Notes: generated from the sequence alone by a model not told the origin. Numbered from the stretch's first letter, positions 1-9,486 are shown. The stretch: DNA of 64,000 nucleotides from Bradymonadia bacterium (GCA_046290225.1 JBKAGE010000034.1:549455-613454); one strand, 5' to 3'. Translations and numbers: made by a program.

Positions 1-710
1 TCCTGCAGCGATGCCCAGGAACGCTGCGACGCCTCGAAGCGCTGGCGCATGGCATCGTAGCCATCGGGGTTGTCGAAGCCGTTCAGGGCGCGGGCCACGC
101 TGTGCACGGGATCGTTCCCTACGGCGATGTCGGTGCGGAACACCTTGCTGTAGGCCACCATACCGTTGGAGCACACCTGCCGGAGCATCGAGAGGTGGAT
201 GCGGGGCTGGGTCCAGCCGTCGATGGGCAGATCGACGAGGAAGCGGTTCTCGAAGGCGTCACCACCGATGTCGAAGGCCATGTCGCCACTGCGGGGCACC
301 AGCGTGCTGGTCACCACCCCGTTGCCGTACTGCACGTCGGCGCCGTGGCTGTTGCGCACCAGGCGCATGGCGTCTTCGTAGTGCAGGCTGGCCTTCGTGG
401 GGTTCGTCACCGCCAGGAGGGTGCCCTTCCCTGCCTCACCGCGCTCGATGCAGAAGTTCACCGCGGCGTTCCCGGTCTCCTGAGCGATGCGGTTAAAGAC
501 CTCGTCGTGGGTGAAGTAGCGGAAGATGCGCTCCGACACCCCGAAGCGGTGGAAGAAGCTGGTCCAGAAACGGTTGCTGGCCTTGAGCGACTCGCCGTTG
601 AGGGCGATGCCCGTGGCCTGATGCTTCTGGTTCTCCTTGCGAGCCTCCACCTGAAGGTCGCGGACGCGGGCCTGGCCGTACTCGAAGCTGGTGTTGTTGA
701 TGGCGTTCAT
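1..710 (-). CDS. DUF932-like protein (phage/plasmid-associated family), 3' end beyond window
   Basis: Not in ORF track because it runs off the left edge. My translation from ATG at 710 (SD AGGAGA upstream): MNAINNTSFEYGQARVRDLQVE...RFWTSFFHRFGVSERIFRYF...LSMLRQVCSNGMV...; the RxxCxNG motif is characteristic of DUF932. No in-frame stop to the edge. Confidence 0.65.
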   Translation of the reverse strand, partial: MNAINNTSFEYGQARVRDLQVEARKENQKHQATGIALNGESLKASNRFWTSFFHRFGVSERIFRYFTHDEVFNRIAQETGNAAVNFCIERGEAGKGTLLAVTNPTKASLHYEDAMRLVRNSHGADVQYGNGVVTSTLVPRSGDMAFDIGGDAFENRFLVDLPIDGWTQPRIHLSMLRQVCSNGMVAYSKVFRTDIAVGNDPVHSVARALNGFDNPDGYDAMRQRFEASQRSWASLQ

Positions 711-806
711 TTCATCTCTCCTTGCGCAGATTTTGGGCGCATTTTGGGTATCCGGTCTCGTGAGACCGTTCGATTTCAGTTCACAGAGTCTTTTTGTTTC
801 AGTGAC

Positions 807-1994
807 TTAAGAAGCCGTAGCCTCTCGTGTCGTGGCGTCTTCGTCTTCTTCTGGGTCTTCCGCCTCGATGAGGACCGCCGCTTGCGCCGCCGTCCGAGAC
901 TTGATGAAGGCGGGCATCTCGGCGTTCACCGAAGCCATCATGGTCAGCGTGCGGCGGCTCAGCGCCTCGATGTGCGGGTTCACTTTCAAGCTACGCCAGC
1001 CCTCGTCGGACCACAGATATTGCTCCTTCGCCGCTGCGGTCTTGGTGATGGGGTGCTTGGTGTCCACGCACTGCACGATTTGCTTGATGGGGAAGTCGGC
1101 GTGCTTCCGCAGCACCCGGCCGCACATCTGGATCGTGGGGCCCTTGCTCGAGGGCCGGCAGAAGACCGTCTCCAGCGACGGGCAGTCAAAGCCCTCGGTG
1201 AGGATGGCCATGCTCAAGATGACGTCGAGCTCCCCCGCCTCGAAGCGCGCCAGCTGATCTTCCCGGTTCGACTGCGCCGAGACCACCTCCGCCCGGAGCC
1301 CCGCCGCTTGCAGAATGCTGCAGCACGCCCGGCACTCTTCCAGACGGTAGAAGAAGATGAGCGTGCGGCCCCAGCGATCGAGCTCGGCGAGGAACCGCTC
1401 CGCCACAGAGGCCGGCGTGTACGACGGCAGGGTGAAGTGCCGGTACTCGCTGAGGTAGCCGTCGCGAATGAGCGATTGGATGTTGGCGTCCTTCACCACC
1501 TGATCGAAGCAGAGCTTCAACCGGTCGGCGCGGAAGGGCGTGGCGCTCAGACCGATGATCTTCTTGGGCTTCAGGGCGCCGTGCAGGCTGGCCATGCTCG
1601 CCGCGGCGTCGTGCTGAGCCTCGTCCACCACGAGCAGATCCACAGGCGGAGGGTTCTTGTCGAACATGGAGATGGTCACCATGTCCACCCCGAAGCCCCG
1701 GGCGATGTTCTCTTCGGCGGCCTGGGCGAGCAGGTTCCGCCGCATGGCGCACCAGCCGACGCGGTAGCCGAACTTCTCCTGAAGCTGCTTGGCGCACCAC
1801 AAACCCATGACGGTCTTGCCACTGCCAGTGGGGCTCTCGATGAGCACAGCGTCCACGTTGCGATGCTTGCCGTCAGGGCGGGTGAGGCCCTCGCTGAGCA
1901 GGCGAACGGTCTTGGAGATGATGCGCTGTTGGTAGGGCCTCACCTCCAGGGCGGGGCCTTGTGTGCTTTGGTTTTGAGTGGTTGGGGCGTTCAT
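807..1994 (-). CDS. SF2 DExH helicase, RadD/YejH/type III Res-like
   Basis: RPYQ (Q motif), SPTGSGKT, VVDEAQH, GLSATP, LTEGFDCP, IQMCGRVLR. Start chosen at ATG 1994 behind SD GAAAGGAGG. Confidence 0.9.
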   Translation of the reverse strand: MNAPTTQNQSTQGPALEVRPYQQRIISKTVRLLSEGLTRPDGKHRNVDAVLIESPTGSGKTVMGLWCAKQLQEKFGYRVGWCAMRRNLLAQAAEENIARGFGVDMVTISMFDKNPPPVDLLVVDEAQHDAAASMASLHGALKPKKIIGLSATPFRADRLKLCFDQVVKDANIQSLIRDGYLSEYRHFTLPSYTPASVAERFLAELDRWGRTLIFFYRLEECRACCSILQAAGLRAEVVSAQSNREDQLARFEAGELDVILSMAILTEGFDCPSLETVFCRPSSKGPTIQMCGRVLRKHADFPIKQIVQCVDTKHPITKTAAAKEQYLWSDEGWRSLKVNPHIEALSRRTLTMMASVNAEMPAFIKSRTAAQAAVLIEAEDPEEDEDATTREATAS

Positions 1995-2327
1995 GGTGTC
2001 GCCTCCTTTCGCCTTCAAGAGGTGAACCCCCCCGATGACACCTCCGGTCAACGGGCCTGAAAAAAGATCGAAAAAAGTCTTCGCAGGGTCCGTACCAACG
2101 CTCACGAGAGACGAAACAACGCTTTAAAATCGAGCAGTTGCTCAACCGAGGTGCTCACACATTTTTTTGTTCGGGGTGGTCAGATGGATAAGACCCGCGC
2201 TCACAGGCGCCCCGTTGACCTTCGAAGACAGGAGGGATCGGTCCAGGGGCGGTCTTATTGTGTGGCAAGAGAGGGGGCGCTCATCGCAGACACGAGGTGT
2301 GCACAGTTTCTCCGATGGGACGGGCCC

Positions 2328-2744
2328 TCAGCCTTCTACGACGCCGTTGCGGTGCACGAAGGCGGGGATCTCCCACAGAGGCACGCCCGTGGGACACACC
2401 GCCTCGCACTTGCGGCAGCCCTCGGGACACGCCGCGGGAATGGTGGCCGCGGCGTGGCGCGCCTCGGCGAGGGCCCGGCTGTAGGCCGCCCAGCGATCAG
2501 GCGTCGAAGGGCATACAGCCTCGCAGAGCCCGCAGTAGATGCACTGGCTGAGGGCGTGTACCAGGGCGGCCTGCTCGCCGCTCAGTGGTGCCATGCCCTC
2601 TTCGCTGTAGTTCTCGATGAAGCGTTTGGCGCCGCCATTGTCACGACGCCCCTTCACCAGACGACGCCCCTGGCGCTTCCAGAACGCGATGGCCAGATAG
2701 ATGAAGCTCTTGACCCGTTTGAGATCCCACGGCCCGGCGAACAT
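2328..2744 (-). CDS. Small 2x[4Fe-4S] dicluster ferredoxin-type protein
   Basis: CIYCGLCEAVCP and CPEGCRKCEAVCP; ATG overlaps the glpB-like stop (TGATG). Confidence 0.8.
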   Translation of the reverse strand: MFAGPWDLKRVKSFIYLAIAFWKRQGRRLVKGRRDNGGAKRFIENYSEEGMAPLSGEQAALVHALSQCIYCGLCEAVCPSTPDRWAAYSRALAEARHAAATIPAACPEGCRKCEAVCPTGVPLWEIPAFVHRNGVVEG

Positions 2745-3925
2745 CAACTCACCTCCAGGGCTGTGGCCTTGAGGGCTTTCTGAGCCGCAAACCACCCAGA
2801 GGCCAGACACAGGCCGCTGGCCCAGCCCGAGACCACAGCGTCCCCTGCGGCGAGCAGATCACCTGCGGCGAAAAGGCAGGGGTGCAGGGGCTCACCGTTG
2901 GGGTGAATCAGTCTCAAATCCGCGTCAGTGGGCACGCCTACTCGAAACAACGGGCCGCCCCAGGGGCCCTCGGGTGCTGCGGCCTCCAGCGGGTTGACTG
3001 GGAGCTTGGGGGTGAGGTGCACCTCGGTGAGAGGCTCGCACATGCCCTCCTCCAGCTCTCGCAGGCCGCCGGGGATCACCCCTCCAGTGGCGACGATGAC
3101 CGCGTCTGGGCTGAGTGTTTGATCGGGCAAATGCACCGTGAGGGGTGAGGCATCCACGCGGCTGACCTCCCCTTGAATCCGCTGCACGGGCAACGAGGCG
3201 ATCCACCGGTCGAGGGCCATGTGTAGCCTCAGCCCTGGCGTCGACGGCGTGCCGCCGACAGCCTCCGCGAGGGGGAGCCCGACCTGCGCCTGGAGCCGCT
3301 TCAAAGTCTCCGCGGGCTGTCGCAGGCCGGCGATGGGCGGCAACAGCAGCCCCGAGATCGAGCCAGGGGCTTTGGAAATCGCCGCTGTCAGCGCCTGCAC
3401 GAGGGCATCGAAGGCGCCCTCGTCTGCGTCGACGCGCCCTGCAGCCCAGGCGAAAGAGCGGCCAAAGCAACCCTCTGCAGGCCAGTCCACCGTCAACACG
3501 GGGCAACCCGACTCGAAGTTGACCAGGGTGGCGAAGGGCTGCCCCAAGGGCGCCAAATCGACGACAGCGTATCCCTCGGGCAGCTGCGCCTGCGCGCGGT
3601 GGGTCGCTGGCGCCCATTCACCGCGCCACGACACCCCCTCAACATCGACGTATGGCCCTGCGGCGGCCTCCAACGCCAACTCCGGGAGGGCTGCCTGTAT
3701 CGCCTCGAGGGCGTCGGGCATCACCTCGGCGAGGGCGGGGCGGATCTGCCCGAGAGCCTCACGGCCCAGGGCCCAAGGCCCTGCGTGCATGATGGTGGAT
3801 CCTGGACGGGCACTCACCAACGTCACTTCGGCGCCTGTCCCTGCGAGATGCCCTGCGGCGATGGCGCCGGTGATGCCGGCGCCAATGACAACGATGTGGG
3901 GGGTCCTGGCCGATGGCATGTTCAT
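2744..3925 (-). CDS. glpB: Anaerobic glycerol-3-phosphate dehydrogenase subunit B-like flavoprotein
   Basis: VVIGAGITG, PSTPGLRL, ATGG..GG, LFAAGDLL motifs; coupled downstream of glpA-like gene. Confidence 0.7.
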   Translation of the reverse strand: MNMPSARTPHIVVIGAGITGAIAAGHLAGTGAEVTLVSARPGSTIMHAGPWALGREALGQIRPALAEVMPDALEAIQAALPELALEAAAGPYVDVEGVSWRGEWAPATHRAQAQLPEGYAVVDLAPLGQPFATLVNFESGCPVLTVDWPAEGCFGRSFAWAAGRVDADEGAFDALVQALTAAISKAPGSISGLLLPPIAGLRQPAETLKRLQAQVGLPLAEAVGGTPSTPGLRLHMALDRWIASLPVQRIQGEVSRVDASPLTVHLPDQTLSPDAVIVATGGVIPGGLRELEEGMCEPLTEVHLTPKLPVNPLEAAAPEGPWGGPLFRVGVPTDADLRLIHPNGEPLHPCLFAAGDLLAAGDAVVSGWASGLCLASGWFAAQKALKATALEVS

Positions 3926-5553
3926 CGACCCTCCTCAGCGCCGGGCTTCAGGTTCCAGCGCGCCATTTCGAGCTGCTGGCGGTTGCCGAAGCCAGCCACA
4001 GGGGCCTGCTCTCGCCACCGTGCCTTGACGAAGTCGTCGAGCAACCGACGGGCCTCGCCCGGGCCCTGCCCCTTCATCTCTGCGAGCAAGCAGGCAGCCT
4101 GGCGGGCGCAGCGGGCCCCCTGGCATGCGCCACCACCGCAGTGGGTCCGGCGGCGTAGATCTTCCAAGCTGGACACCCACTCCGTCTCGATGACGAAGCG
4201 CGCTTCTGCTTCGGTGACCGGCTCACACAGACACAAGAGGCGGCGCTCCCGAGGCTGTCGCGTGATGCGCTCCACGATGGGGGCGCAGCGAGCGCCGTGT
4301 CGGTGCACCATGCGCGCGGCGGCGTAGAGATCGATGTTCGCCGCCCTGGCGATCTCTTTGGGCTCGGGGGTGGACTCTCCACCGGGCAGAGGCCGTGTGT
4401 GGGTGGTGCACTGGGCCTGTACGCCGAGCCGGCTGCAGATCTCGTCCGTGGCATGGGCCGCCATCTGGCGGTAGGCAGCGAGCTTGCCGCCCCCCATGCT
4501 CATGAGGCCTGGCGCCCCTTCTTTTCCGTGATCGAAGACCTCGTGGCGACGGCTCAGATCACTCTCGTAGGGGCCGTACTTGTGCAGCGTGGGCCGCACA
4601 CCGGCGAAGGCTCGAGTCAGGCGGTGCTTGCGGATGTCGGGGTACACCGTCTCCACGGCCTCGAGCAGGTAGCGCACCTCGTCGAAGTTCGCCTGCACCT
4701 CTGCCGGATCTCCGTAGTAGTCGTCGTCGGTGGTGCCGATCCAGGTCTCCTGGCCATAGGGCTCGATGAAGACCTGCCGGTTGTCCACGGCGTAGGCGAT
4801 GAGGGCGTAGTTCACGATGCGCCGGTCGAAGACGAGGTGAATCCCCTTCCCCGGGCGCATCTTCACCTCGGCCCCGGCGAGCTTCGCCAGCCGATTGGCC
4901 CAAGGCCCTGAGGCGTTGAAGGTGATGCGGGCGGTGACCGACTTCAGGTGGCCGCTGGTGAGATCGCGGACCTGCACCCCGAGCACTTTGCCGGTGTCGT
5001 CTCGTACGAAGCCCTCCACCCGATGGCGCAGATGAATCTGTGCACCGTTCTGCTGGGCATCGAGAGCGTTGAGCACACACAACCGGAACACGTTGATGGC
5101 CCACTCGTCGGTGGTCACCCCACCGATGGTCCCGGGGGGTACACCGGGCTCGAGGCGGAACACCTCGTCGCGATCGAGCTTCGCCGCCCGCTTCCCCCGC
5201 TTGAGGGGCTGGAACTCGTCGTATGCCTGAAAATAGACATACGCCAGCTCGTGCAGGCGTCGGGCCGCTGGGGTCCACTCCTGAATCGGCAGGATGAACG
5301 GGATGCGGAACAGCAGGTGTGGTGCGATGGCCTGGATGTAGCCAGAGTCGAGGCACGAGAGCCGGGTGACGTCTCGATCTTTCTCCAGGTAGCGGATGCC
5401 GCCGTGGATCATGCCGCTGGAGGCGCCGCTCGTGCCTGCGCCGAGATCGTTCTGCTCGAAGAGGGCCACCTTGAGCCCCCGCAGGGCGGCGTCGCGGGCG
5501 ATGCCCACGCCGTTCACGCCGCCGCCGATCACGATCACGTCATAGTCACTCAT
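3922..5553 (-). CDS. glpA: FAD-dependent glycerol-3-phosphate dehydrogenase subunit A with C-terminal BFD-like [2Fe-2S] domain
   Basis: IGGGVNG, GTSGASSGMIHGGIRYL, KGIHL, IGTTD, AGVRP, GGKL, then CLCE...CGGGACQGARC. Confidence 0.9.
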   Translation of the reverse strand: MSDYDVIVIGGGVNGVGIARDAALRGLKVALFEQNDLGAGTSGASSGMIHGGIRYLEKDRDVTRLSCLDSGYIQAIAPHLLFRIPFILPIQEWTPAARRLHELAYVYFQAYDEFQPLKRGKRAAKLDRDEVFRLEPGVPPGTIGGVTTDEWAINVFRLCVLNALDAQQNGAQIHLRHRVEGFVRDDTGKVLGVQVRDLTSGHLKSVTARITFNASGPWANRLAKLAGAEVKMRPGKGIHLVFDRRIVNYALIAYAVDNRQVFIEPYGQETWIGTTDDDYYGDPAEVQANFDEVRYLLEAVETVYPDIRKHRLTRAFAGVRPTLHKYGPYESDLSRRHEVFDHGKEGAPGLMSMGGGKLAAYRQMAAHATDEICSRLGVQAQCTTHTRPLPGGESTPEPKEIARAANIDLYAAARMVHRHGARCAPIVERITRQPRERRLLCLCEPVTEAEARFVIETEWVSSLEDLRRRTHCGGGACQGARCARQAACLLAEMKGQGPGEARRLLDDFVKARWREQAPVAGFGNRQQLEMARWNLKPGAEEGR

Positions 5554-5652
5554 GAGATCCTCTTCGACCTGTGCTGAGGGCAATGAACATTTACCCACGG
5601 CCTGAGGATGCAGTACGGAGGGTCGCCGTCGCCAGCTTGAGGCCTGTGGTGA

Positions 5653-7449
5653 TCAGCCCTCGCCGTCGTCCTCGCCGCCCTTGGCGATGTCGATGTGCAG
5701 CTCGGCGAGCTGCGCGGCGTCGACCTCGCTGGGGGCGTCGGTCATCAGGCTGGTGGCCCGAGCGGTCTTGGGGAAGGCGATGACATCGCGGATGCTGTCG
5801 TAGCCCATGAGCAGCATGATAAGGCGATCCATGCCCAGGGCGATGCCGCCGTGAGGGGGCGTGCCGTAGGTCAGGGCGTCGAGCAGGAACCCGAACTTGG
5901 CCCGGCTCTCCTCTTCGGAGAGTCCGAGCAGCCCGAAGACCTTCTGCTGCACCTCTTGCTGGTGAATCCGGATGCTGCCACCACCGAGTTCGAAGCCGTT
6001 GAGCACCACATCGTAGGCCCGGGCCTTCACCGCCCCGGGATCACCATCGAGCAGGCCCACGTCTTCTGGGCGAGGCGAGGTGAAGGGGTGGTGCATGGAG
6101 TACCAGCGGCCCTCGTCCTCGTCGTACTCGAAGTTGGGGAAGTCGGTGACCCACACGAACTTGTCGACGCCCTCGGGGATGAGGTTCTGCTGCTTGGCGA
6201 GATGCAAACGCAGAGCACCCAGAGCGGCGTGCACGGTGCTGGTGCGATCGGCGACGAAGAAGGCCTGATCGCCGGCCTCGAGGCCCAAGCGCTCATTCAG
6301 GGCGGCGATGACGTCGGCGTCGAGGAACTTGGCGATGGGGCTCTGCCACGTGCCGTCCTCTTTGCAGGTACCCCAGGCGAGGCCCTTGGCGCCGTGCACC
6401 TTCACGGTCTTGGTGAGCTTGTCGATCTGACCACGGCTCAGGCCGCCCTTGGGCAGCCGGATGGCCTTCACGCTGCCGCCGGCCTCGAGGGCCCCGGTGA
6501 ACACGCCGAAGCCGCAGCCCTTCACCACGTCGCCCACATCGCACAGCTCGAGCCCAAAGCGCATGTCAGGGGCATCTTTGCCGAAGCGGTTCATGGCCTC
6601 GTCATAGGTGATGCGGGGGAACGGCAGAGGCACCTCGACGCCCTTCACCTTCTTCCAGATGCGGGCGAGCATGCCCTCCACGAGGCCGTAGACGTCTTCG
6701 GGCTCGATGAACGACATCTCGATGTCGATCTGGGTGAACTCGGGCTGGCGATCGGCCCGCAGATCCTCGTCGCGGAAGCAGCGGCAGATCTGGAAGTACC
6801 GATCGAAGCCACTCACCATGAAGAGCTGCTTGAAGATCTGAGGGCTCTGGGGCAGCGCGTAGAACTTCCCGGGGTGCACGCGGCTGGGCACCAAGTAGTC
6901 ACGGGCGCCCTCGGGGGTGGCCTTGGTGAGGATCGGGGTCTCCAGCTCGAGGAAGCCGTTGTCCACGAGGTAGTTGCGCACCTCGTTGTTCACCTTGGAC
7001 CGGGTGATCAGGGCCTGCTGCAGCGGCGTACGACGCAGGTCGAGGTACCGGTACTTGAGGCGCAGATCCTCGTGGGTGGGGATCTCGTCCCGGATGGGGA
7101 ACGGCGGGGTCTCCGCGGCGTTGAGGATCTCCGCCTGGGTGACCTCTACCTCGATCTCGCCGGTGGCGATCTTGGGGTTGGCGCTCGGGCGCTTCACCAC
7201 CCGACCTGCAGCAGCGACGACATATTCGCGGCTGAGCTTGCCAGCGAGAGCAAAGACCTCTTCGCTCACGGCCTTGTCGAAGCGCAGCTGGGTGACCCCT
7301 TCGCGATCGCGCAGATCGACGAAGGCGCTGCCCCCCTGCTCTCGGATGGTGTTCACCCAGCCCATGACGACGACGTCACGGCCTTCGTCGCTGGCCCGGA
7401 GGCTGCCACAGCGATGCGTACGCTTCAGCTCACTGAGAAAGGCGCTCAT
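5653..7449 (-). CDS. aspS: Aspartate--tRNA ligase
   Basis: RTHRCG, DLRDREG, YRYLDLRR, ALPQSPQIFKQ, FRDEDLRADRQPEFTQ, HHPFT, GGGSIRIH, PPHGGIALG. Confidence 0.98.
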   Translation of the reverse strand: MSAFLSELKRTHRCGSLRASDEGRDVVVMGWVNTIREQGGSAFVDLRDREGVTQLRFDKAVSEEVFALAGKLSREYVVAAAGRVVKRPSANPKIATGEIEVEVTQAEILNAAETPPFPIRDEIPTHEDLRLKYRYLDLRRTPLQQALITRSKVNNEVRNYLVDNGFLELETPILTKATPEGARDYLVPSRVHPGKFYALPQSPQIFKQLFMVSGFDRYFQICRCFRDEDLRADRQPEFTQIDIEMSFIEPEDVYGLVEGMLARIWKKVKGVEVPLPFPRITYDEAMNRFGKDAPDMRFGLELCDVGDVVKGCGFGVFTGALEAGGSVKAIRLPKGGLSRGQIDKLTKTVKVHGAKGLAWGTCKEDGTWQSPIAKFLDADVIAALNERLGLEAGDQAFFVADRTSTVHAALGALRLHLAKQQNLIPEGVDKFVWVTDFPNFEYDEDEGRWYSMHHPFTSPRPEDVGLLDGDPGAVKARAYDVVLNGFELGGGSIRIHQQEVQQKVFGLLGLSEEESRAKFGFLLDALTYGTPPHGGIALGMDRLIMLLMGYDSIRDVIAFPKTARATSLMTDAPSEVDAAQLAELHIDIAKGGEDDGEG

Positions 7450-7458
7450 CTGTCCCCC

Positions 7459-8046
7459 CTACTTGCCGGAGACCCGGTCTTTGAAGGTGCCGGTGGTGGT
7501 GTCGATGCGCACCACGTCGCCGGCGTTGATGTACAGCGGGACCAGCACGCGGATGCCGGTGGTGGTGAAGGCGGCGGTGGTGACCGAGCCGCTGGCGGTG
7601 TCGCCCTTGCTGCCGGGCTCCACGGTGTCGAGGGTCATCTCCACGAACTGGGGCAGCTCGATGCCCACCACCTTGTCGTTGTAGATCACCGCCTTGACCT
7701 CGAGGTTCTCCACGAGCCAGCTGGCGTCGTCGCCGAGCTGCTCGCCGGTGAACTCGAACTGGTCGTAGGTCTCGTTGTCCATGAAGACGTAGACGGCCTC
7801 ACCGGCGCCGGGCTGCTCATAGAGGTACTGCGCGCTCCGGAACAGCAGGTCGGGCTCCTGGAACTTCTCGCCGGCCTTGAAGGTCTTGTCGGAGACCTGG
7901 CCCGTGAGGGCGTTCTTGAGACGCACCTTCACCAGAGTGGCAGCACCACGGGCGCTGGGGCTCTGGGTGGTCATGCTGACGATGGTCCACGGCGCGCCTT
8001 CGTAATCGATGCGCACGCCCTTCTTGAAATCGCTGGTGGTGATCAT
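7459..8046 (-). CDS. efp: Elongation factor P family protein (EfpL/YeiP-type loop)
   Basis: FKKG, FMDNETYDQ, EPGSKGDTA, VPLYINAGD..RIDT; tip loop SPSARGAATL. Confidence 0.93.
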   Translation of the reverse strand: MITTSDFKKGVRIDYEGAPWTIVSMTTQSPSARGAATLVKVRLKNALTGQVSDKTFKAGEKFQEPDLLFRSAQYLYEQPGAGEAVYVFMDNETYDQFEFTGEQLGDDASWLVENLEVKAVIYNDKVVGIELPQFVEMTLDTVEPGSKGDTASGSVTTAAFTTTGIRVLVPLYINAGDVVRIDTTTGTFKDRVSGK

Positions 8047-8211
8047 GCTGACTCGACCCTGAACAGGTACTTGTTATCGAGGCTGGTTGTGTCGGTTCGA
8101 TGGGTGCTCCCACCGCGCCGGAGACCCTAGAGGAGGCCAGCGTCCAGGGCAAGTGGAGAAACGCTGTAGACTCGCCACCGCGCGGGTCACCGCTCATGGA
8201 TGGAGGGGTGC

Positions 8212-9486
8212 ATGTCGCTGAGTTGGATCGTCGTGTGGACCGGCCCTGGCGCCGACGTGGTGATGGCCCGCCTCGCCGCGGCGTCGGAGCATGGGGGGCA
8301 ATTGTTCGACGCCCCCTATGGAGATCGCACGCTCACGGCGTGTCAGCTGACGCTCTTCCGGCCAGGGGGTGCCGTGGGCATCACCCTGGTGGCGGCGCCC
8401 CCCACCCTCCCCCCAGCGACGCTCCGAGCCGCCCTCGCCCGGGCCCGGGCGGTGGTGGTGGTGCCCGAAGATGATGTCGAAGGGGCCCTGGACTCTACCC
8501 ACCTGACCCTCGAGCACCTCGGGAACGCCAGCCATCACCCCCTCGTGGCCCTGCTGGGCCACCCACACCCGAGGGTGCAGTTGTCCCACCCGGATCCGAT
8601 GGTGTTGTTGGGTCAGATCGCCGACCAGCTGCAGGCCGCGCAATCAAATACCCAAAGTACAACGGATGCCGTTCGGGCCGAGGCACCTCCACCGCCAGCG
8701 CCTCGCCAGGCACCCCCACTGCCGGCACCGGCAGCCCCATCGGCGCCCAGGCCGGCGCCACTGGCCGCTCCAGCAATGAGGAAACGCAGTGGCCTTCGGG
8801 CACCCGGGGGACCCACCTCGGTCATGGCCCTCGCCGACGACCCCCCACATGATGGGGTCACAGCCGATCCGCTCGCCCGGCGCTCCACGGTGCGCTACTT
8901 CGCCCGGATGAATCCGCAGAAGCTCTATCCGGTGATGGTGGCCTTCACTCGGGAGCAGCTCGCGAAGGCCGCTGGTGTAGCGCAAGTCGAAGGTGCCCAG
9001 CTCGAGCTCGATGCCCGAGATCCGGTGATCACGGTGGTGCCGGTGTTTCCTGGCTGTCTCTGTACCCCACAGCAGCTTCAGGTGGATCTCACCCCAGAGA
9101 CCGTAGAGGTCAGATTCTGGCTCACGCCGCTGGTCCGGGGCCGCCTCGGAGATGCCCGCGTCGAGATCCATCAGCACGGTCGCTGCCTCGATCGTATCCC
9201 CACACCGGCGAAAGTGGCTGATCAGGCCCTCACCCGCATGGTGGCCGTGGGCTCGGCGCTGGCGCCTCTGGGCAGCAAGCTGTTGGAGAAGTCGGGCCTC
9301 GATCCGCTCACCCTCCTCACCGAGCGACTCCCCGTAGTGGGCGAATGGCTCACCCACGCTGATCCTGCGGTGTTCCGTTGGGGACTCGCCGGTGGTCTCG
9401 CCCTTATCGCTTTGGGCTTGTACGCCGCTCGCCGCGCCAAGATGGCCCCACCGGTGGATCACCGATTTGTTCTCGCAGGGGCCTGA
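8212..9486 (+). CDS. Hypothetical membrane protein: degenerate MglA-like N-domain, Pro/Ala linker, beta-rich domain, C-terminal TM helix
   Basis: Long ORF with SD GGAGGGG before ATG 8212; hydrophobic C-terminus WGLAGGLALIALGLYAARR; N-domain aligns by eye to MglA. Confidence 0.6.
   Translation: MSLSWIVVWTGPGADVVMARLAAASEHGGQLFDAPYGDRTLTACQLTLFRPGGAVGITLVAAPPTLPPATLRAALARARAVVVVPEDDVEGALDSTHLTLEHLGNASHHPLVALLGHPHPRVQLSHPDPMVLLGQIADQLQAAQSNTQSTTDAVRAEAPPPPAPRQAPPLPAPAAPSAPRPAPLAAPAMRKRSGLRAPGGPTSVMALADDPPHDGVTADPLARRSTVRYFARMNPQKLYPVMVAFTREQLAKAAGVAQVEGAQLELDARDPVITVVPVFPGCLCTPQQLQVDLTPETVEVRFWLTPLVRGRLGDARVEIHQHGRCLDRIPTPAKVADQALTRMVAVGSALAPLGSKLLEKSGLDPLTLLTERLPVVGEWLTHADPAVFRWGLAGGLALIALGLYAARRAKMAPPVDHRFVLAGA

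Noticed and set aside
753..768. Palindrome CGGTCTC-GT-GAGACCG and shared 9-mer TCTCGTGAG with 2101-2109
   Set aside because: Too short to distinguish from chance; no U-tract for a terminator call.
102..2060. 652-aa plus-strand ORF
   Set aside because: Antisense shadow of the helicase and DUF932-like genes; no motifs.
5695..8130. 811-aa plus-strand ORF
   Set aside because: Antisense shadow of aspS and efp, typical of high-GC codon bias.
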